DNA from: Candidatus Thorarchaeota archaeon
Lineage (GTDB): Archaea > Asgardarchaeota > Thorarchaeia > Thorarchaeales > Thorarchaeaceae
Length of the DNA stretch: 37,891 nt
Reading direction: 5' to 3'
Assembly (NCBI GenBank): GCA_048884785.1
Contig: JBHLQM010000028.1
Span: 1 to 37,891 of the forward strand
How positions within the stretch are numbered: position 1 is the first letter of the stretch; the number at the start of each line of letters is the position of its first letter. The notes beneath the pieces were generated by a model. It ran no database searches, was not told where the DNA came from, and worked only from the letters and a program-made list of their open reading frames with translations. The translations under genes were made by a program, and so were the position numbers. Of this stretch, positions 36,866-37,891 are shown piece after piece.

Positions 36866-37504
36866 ATGTCTCCCAAGAAAAGAGTGCCGCTGAAAGAAAT
36901 CGAGGTGATTTCAGATCCGAAGGTCATCAAACTCATGATGGAACCTACTCGAGCTGCAATCATCAAGAATCTGGCGGAAGAGCCTATGACTGTCAAACAG
37001 CTGGCTGTTCGACTTGGGAAGAATCCTGGCACGATACTCCATCACATTGAAAAGATGAAGGACCCTAAGATAGGTCTTGTAGTAGAAGTCAGAACTGAAC
37101 AGACACCTACAGGTATCGTTCAGAGATACTACAGGGCCAGAGCGAGAGAATTTCGGCTGGGAATAAAGGATATGATACAGACGGACAGCGGCGTGGCCAA
37201 GTTCGCTGAAGACCGTCTGATGTCGATTGTCAAGTCATTGGCAGTGTTTGGTATCAACATCCCTGAATCACAACGGGGAGAAGCTGCTGAACTGCTGCGA
37301 GAGTTGATTGAACGAGAAAATGATCTCATATCGGAAATTCCGATTATGGATCAAGATGTGCATGATAGGCTCTCCGGTCAAGACAGAAATGATACGACAC
37401 GAATACTGCGAAGATACATTCTCGATCAAGATCCTAGATACGTGGAGCTACGAAGAGAATGGCATAGATTACTTGGTCATTATTTGAAAGGTGTAAAACA
37501 ATGA
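36866..37504 (+). CDS. Winged-helix transcriptional regulator (ArsR-like)
   Basis: PTRAAII..L...PMTV.QLA..LGK..GTI.HHI..M....LV.....wing RYYR. Confidence 0.88.
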   Translation: MSPKKRVPLKEIEVISDPKVIKLMMEPTRAAIIKNLAEEPMTVKQLAVRLGKNPGTILHHIEKMKDPKIGLVVEVRTEQTPTGIVQRYYRARAREFRLGIKDMIQTDSGVAKFAEDRLMSIVKSLAVFGINIPESQRGEAAELLRELIERENDLISEIPIMDQDVHDRLSGQDRNDTTRILRRYILDQDPRYVELRREWHRLLGHYLKGVKQ

Positions 37505-37891
37505 GTTCATACGAAAGAAATAGAACAATGGTGGCCTGCATTGTCGTCTTCATAGTAGTTGTAGGAGCAGCCATTGGAGTAGTTATTCTATTCATGGGTT
37601 CCACGAACTGGAATTGGAATCCTACGGTCCCTCCAAGTAACTGGGACGTAGGTGAAACATTTGAGTTCGAACGAACTGAATCTAGCATGCCACTAAATGT
37701 CACCCTTGATTTCGATGTAGATGTGGGCGGAATTGATTTCAAATTCATAGACGATCCTACACTGCTCTATTATATTGAAATGTGGGTGCCTAACGAAACA
37801 CTGCAGGAGTATGGTGACCCAACCGTTACATACACTTCCAATACAGTAGCATTGGACTATCCTGCTGCAGGAGTGAATGTCACTTTGGGCA
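37501..37891 (+). CDS. Membrane-anchored extracellular beta-rich protein, partial (runs off the window)
   Basis: ATG overlaps the regulator stop. MSSYERNR is followed by a long TM helix and beta-rich sequence (LNVTLDFDVDVGGIDF) with N-x-T sequons. No stop in the window. Confidence 0.75.
   Translation, partial: MSSYERNRTMVACIVVFIVVVGAAIGVVILFMGSTNWNWNPTVPPSNWDVGETFEFERTESSMPLNVTLDFDVDVGGIDFKFIDDPTLLYYIEMWVPNETLQEYGDPTVTYTSNTVALDYPAAGVNVTLG

Overview
This 37.9 kb window is gene-dense archaeal DNA, most likely from an Asgard archaeon (Thorarchaeia-like). That assignment is inferred from a Rab-like small GTPase, a form IV RuBisCO-like protein, THF-type C1 enzymes and a Thr-rich/TM/RRR surface-anchor gene. 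Main blocks: (1) a divergent bshA/bshB-like pair suggesting bacillithiol-type thiol synthesis, next to a phosphohexomutase. (2) A 131-aa coiled-coil protein whose C-terminal helix resembles the Ena/VASP F-actin-binding motif; this is the most intriguing signal. (3) A Rab-like GTPase plus an unknown downstream gene. (4) A RuBisCO-like protein divergent from an fhs-folD-abfD-ftcD cluster. (5) Galactokinase, an ABC exporter, an acetoacetate-decarboxylase-like protein, a GH-like protein, PAP2 and pepD. (6) An SCP2 / FabK-NMO / Fe-ADH / AOR cluster. (7) A split or internally deleted surface-protein gene, a BrxD-like P-loop ATPase and a structured intergenic element. (8) A membrane-protein/wHTH operon preceded by an array of ATCAAAC/GTTTGAT operator-like sites. 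I saw no rRNA, tRNA, CRISPR array or transposase. All calls rest on motif recognition by eye, with no database searches.
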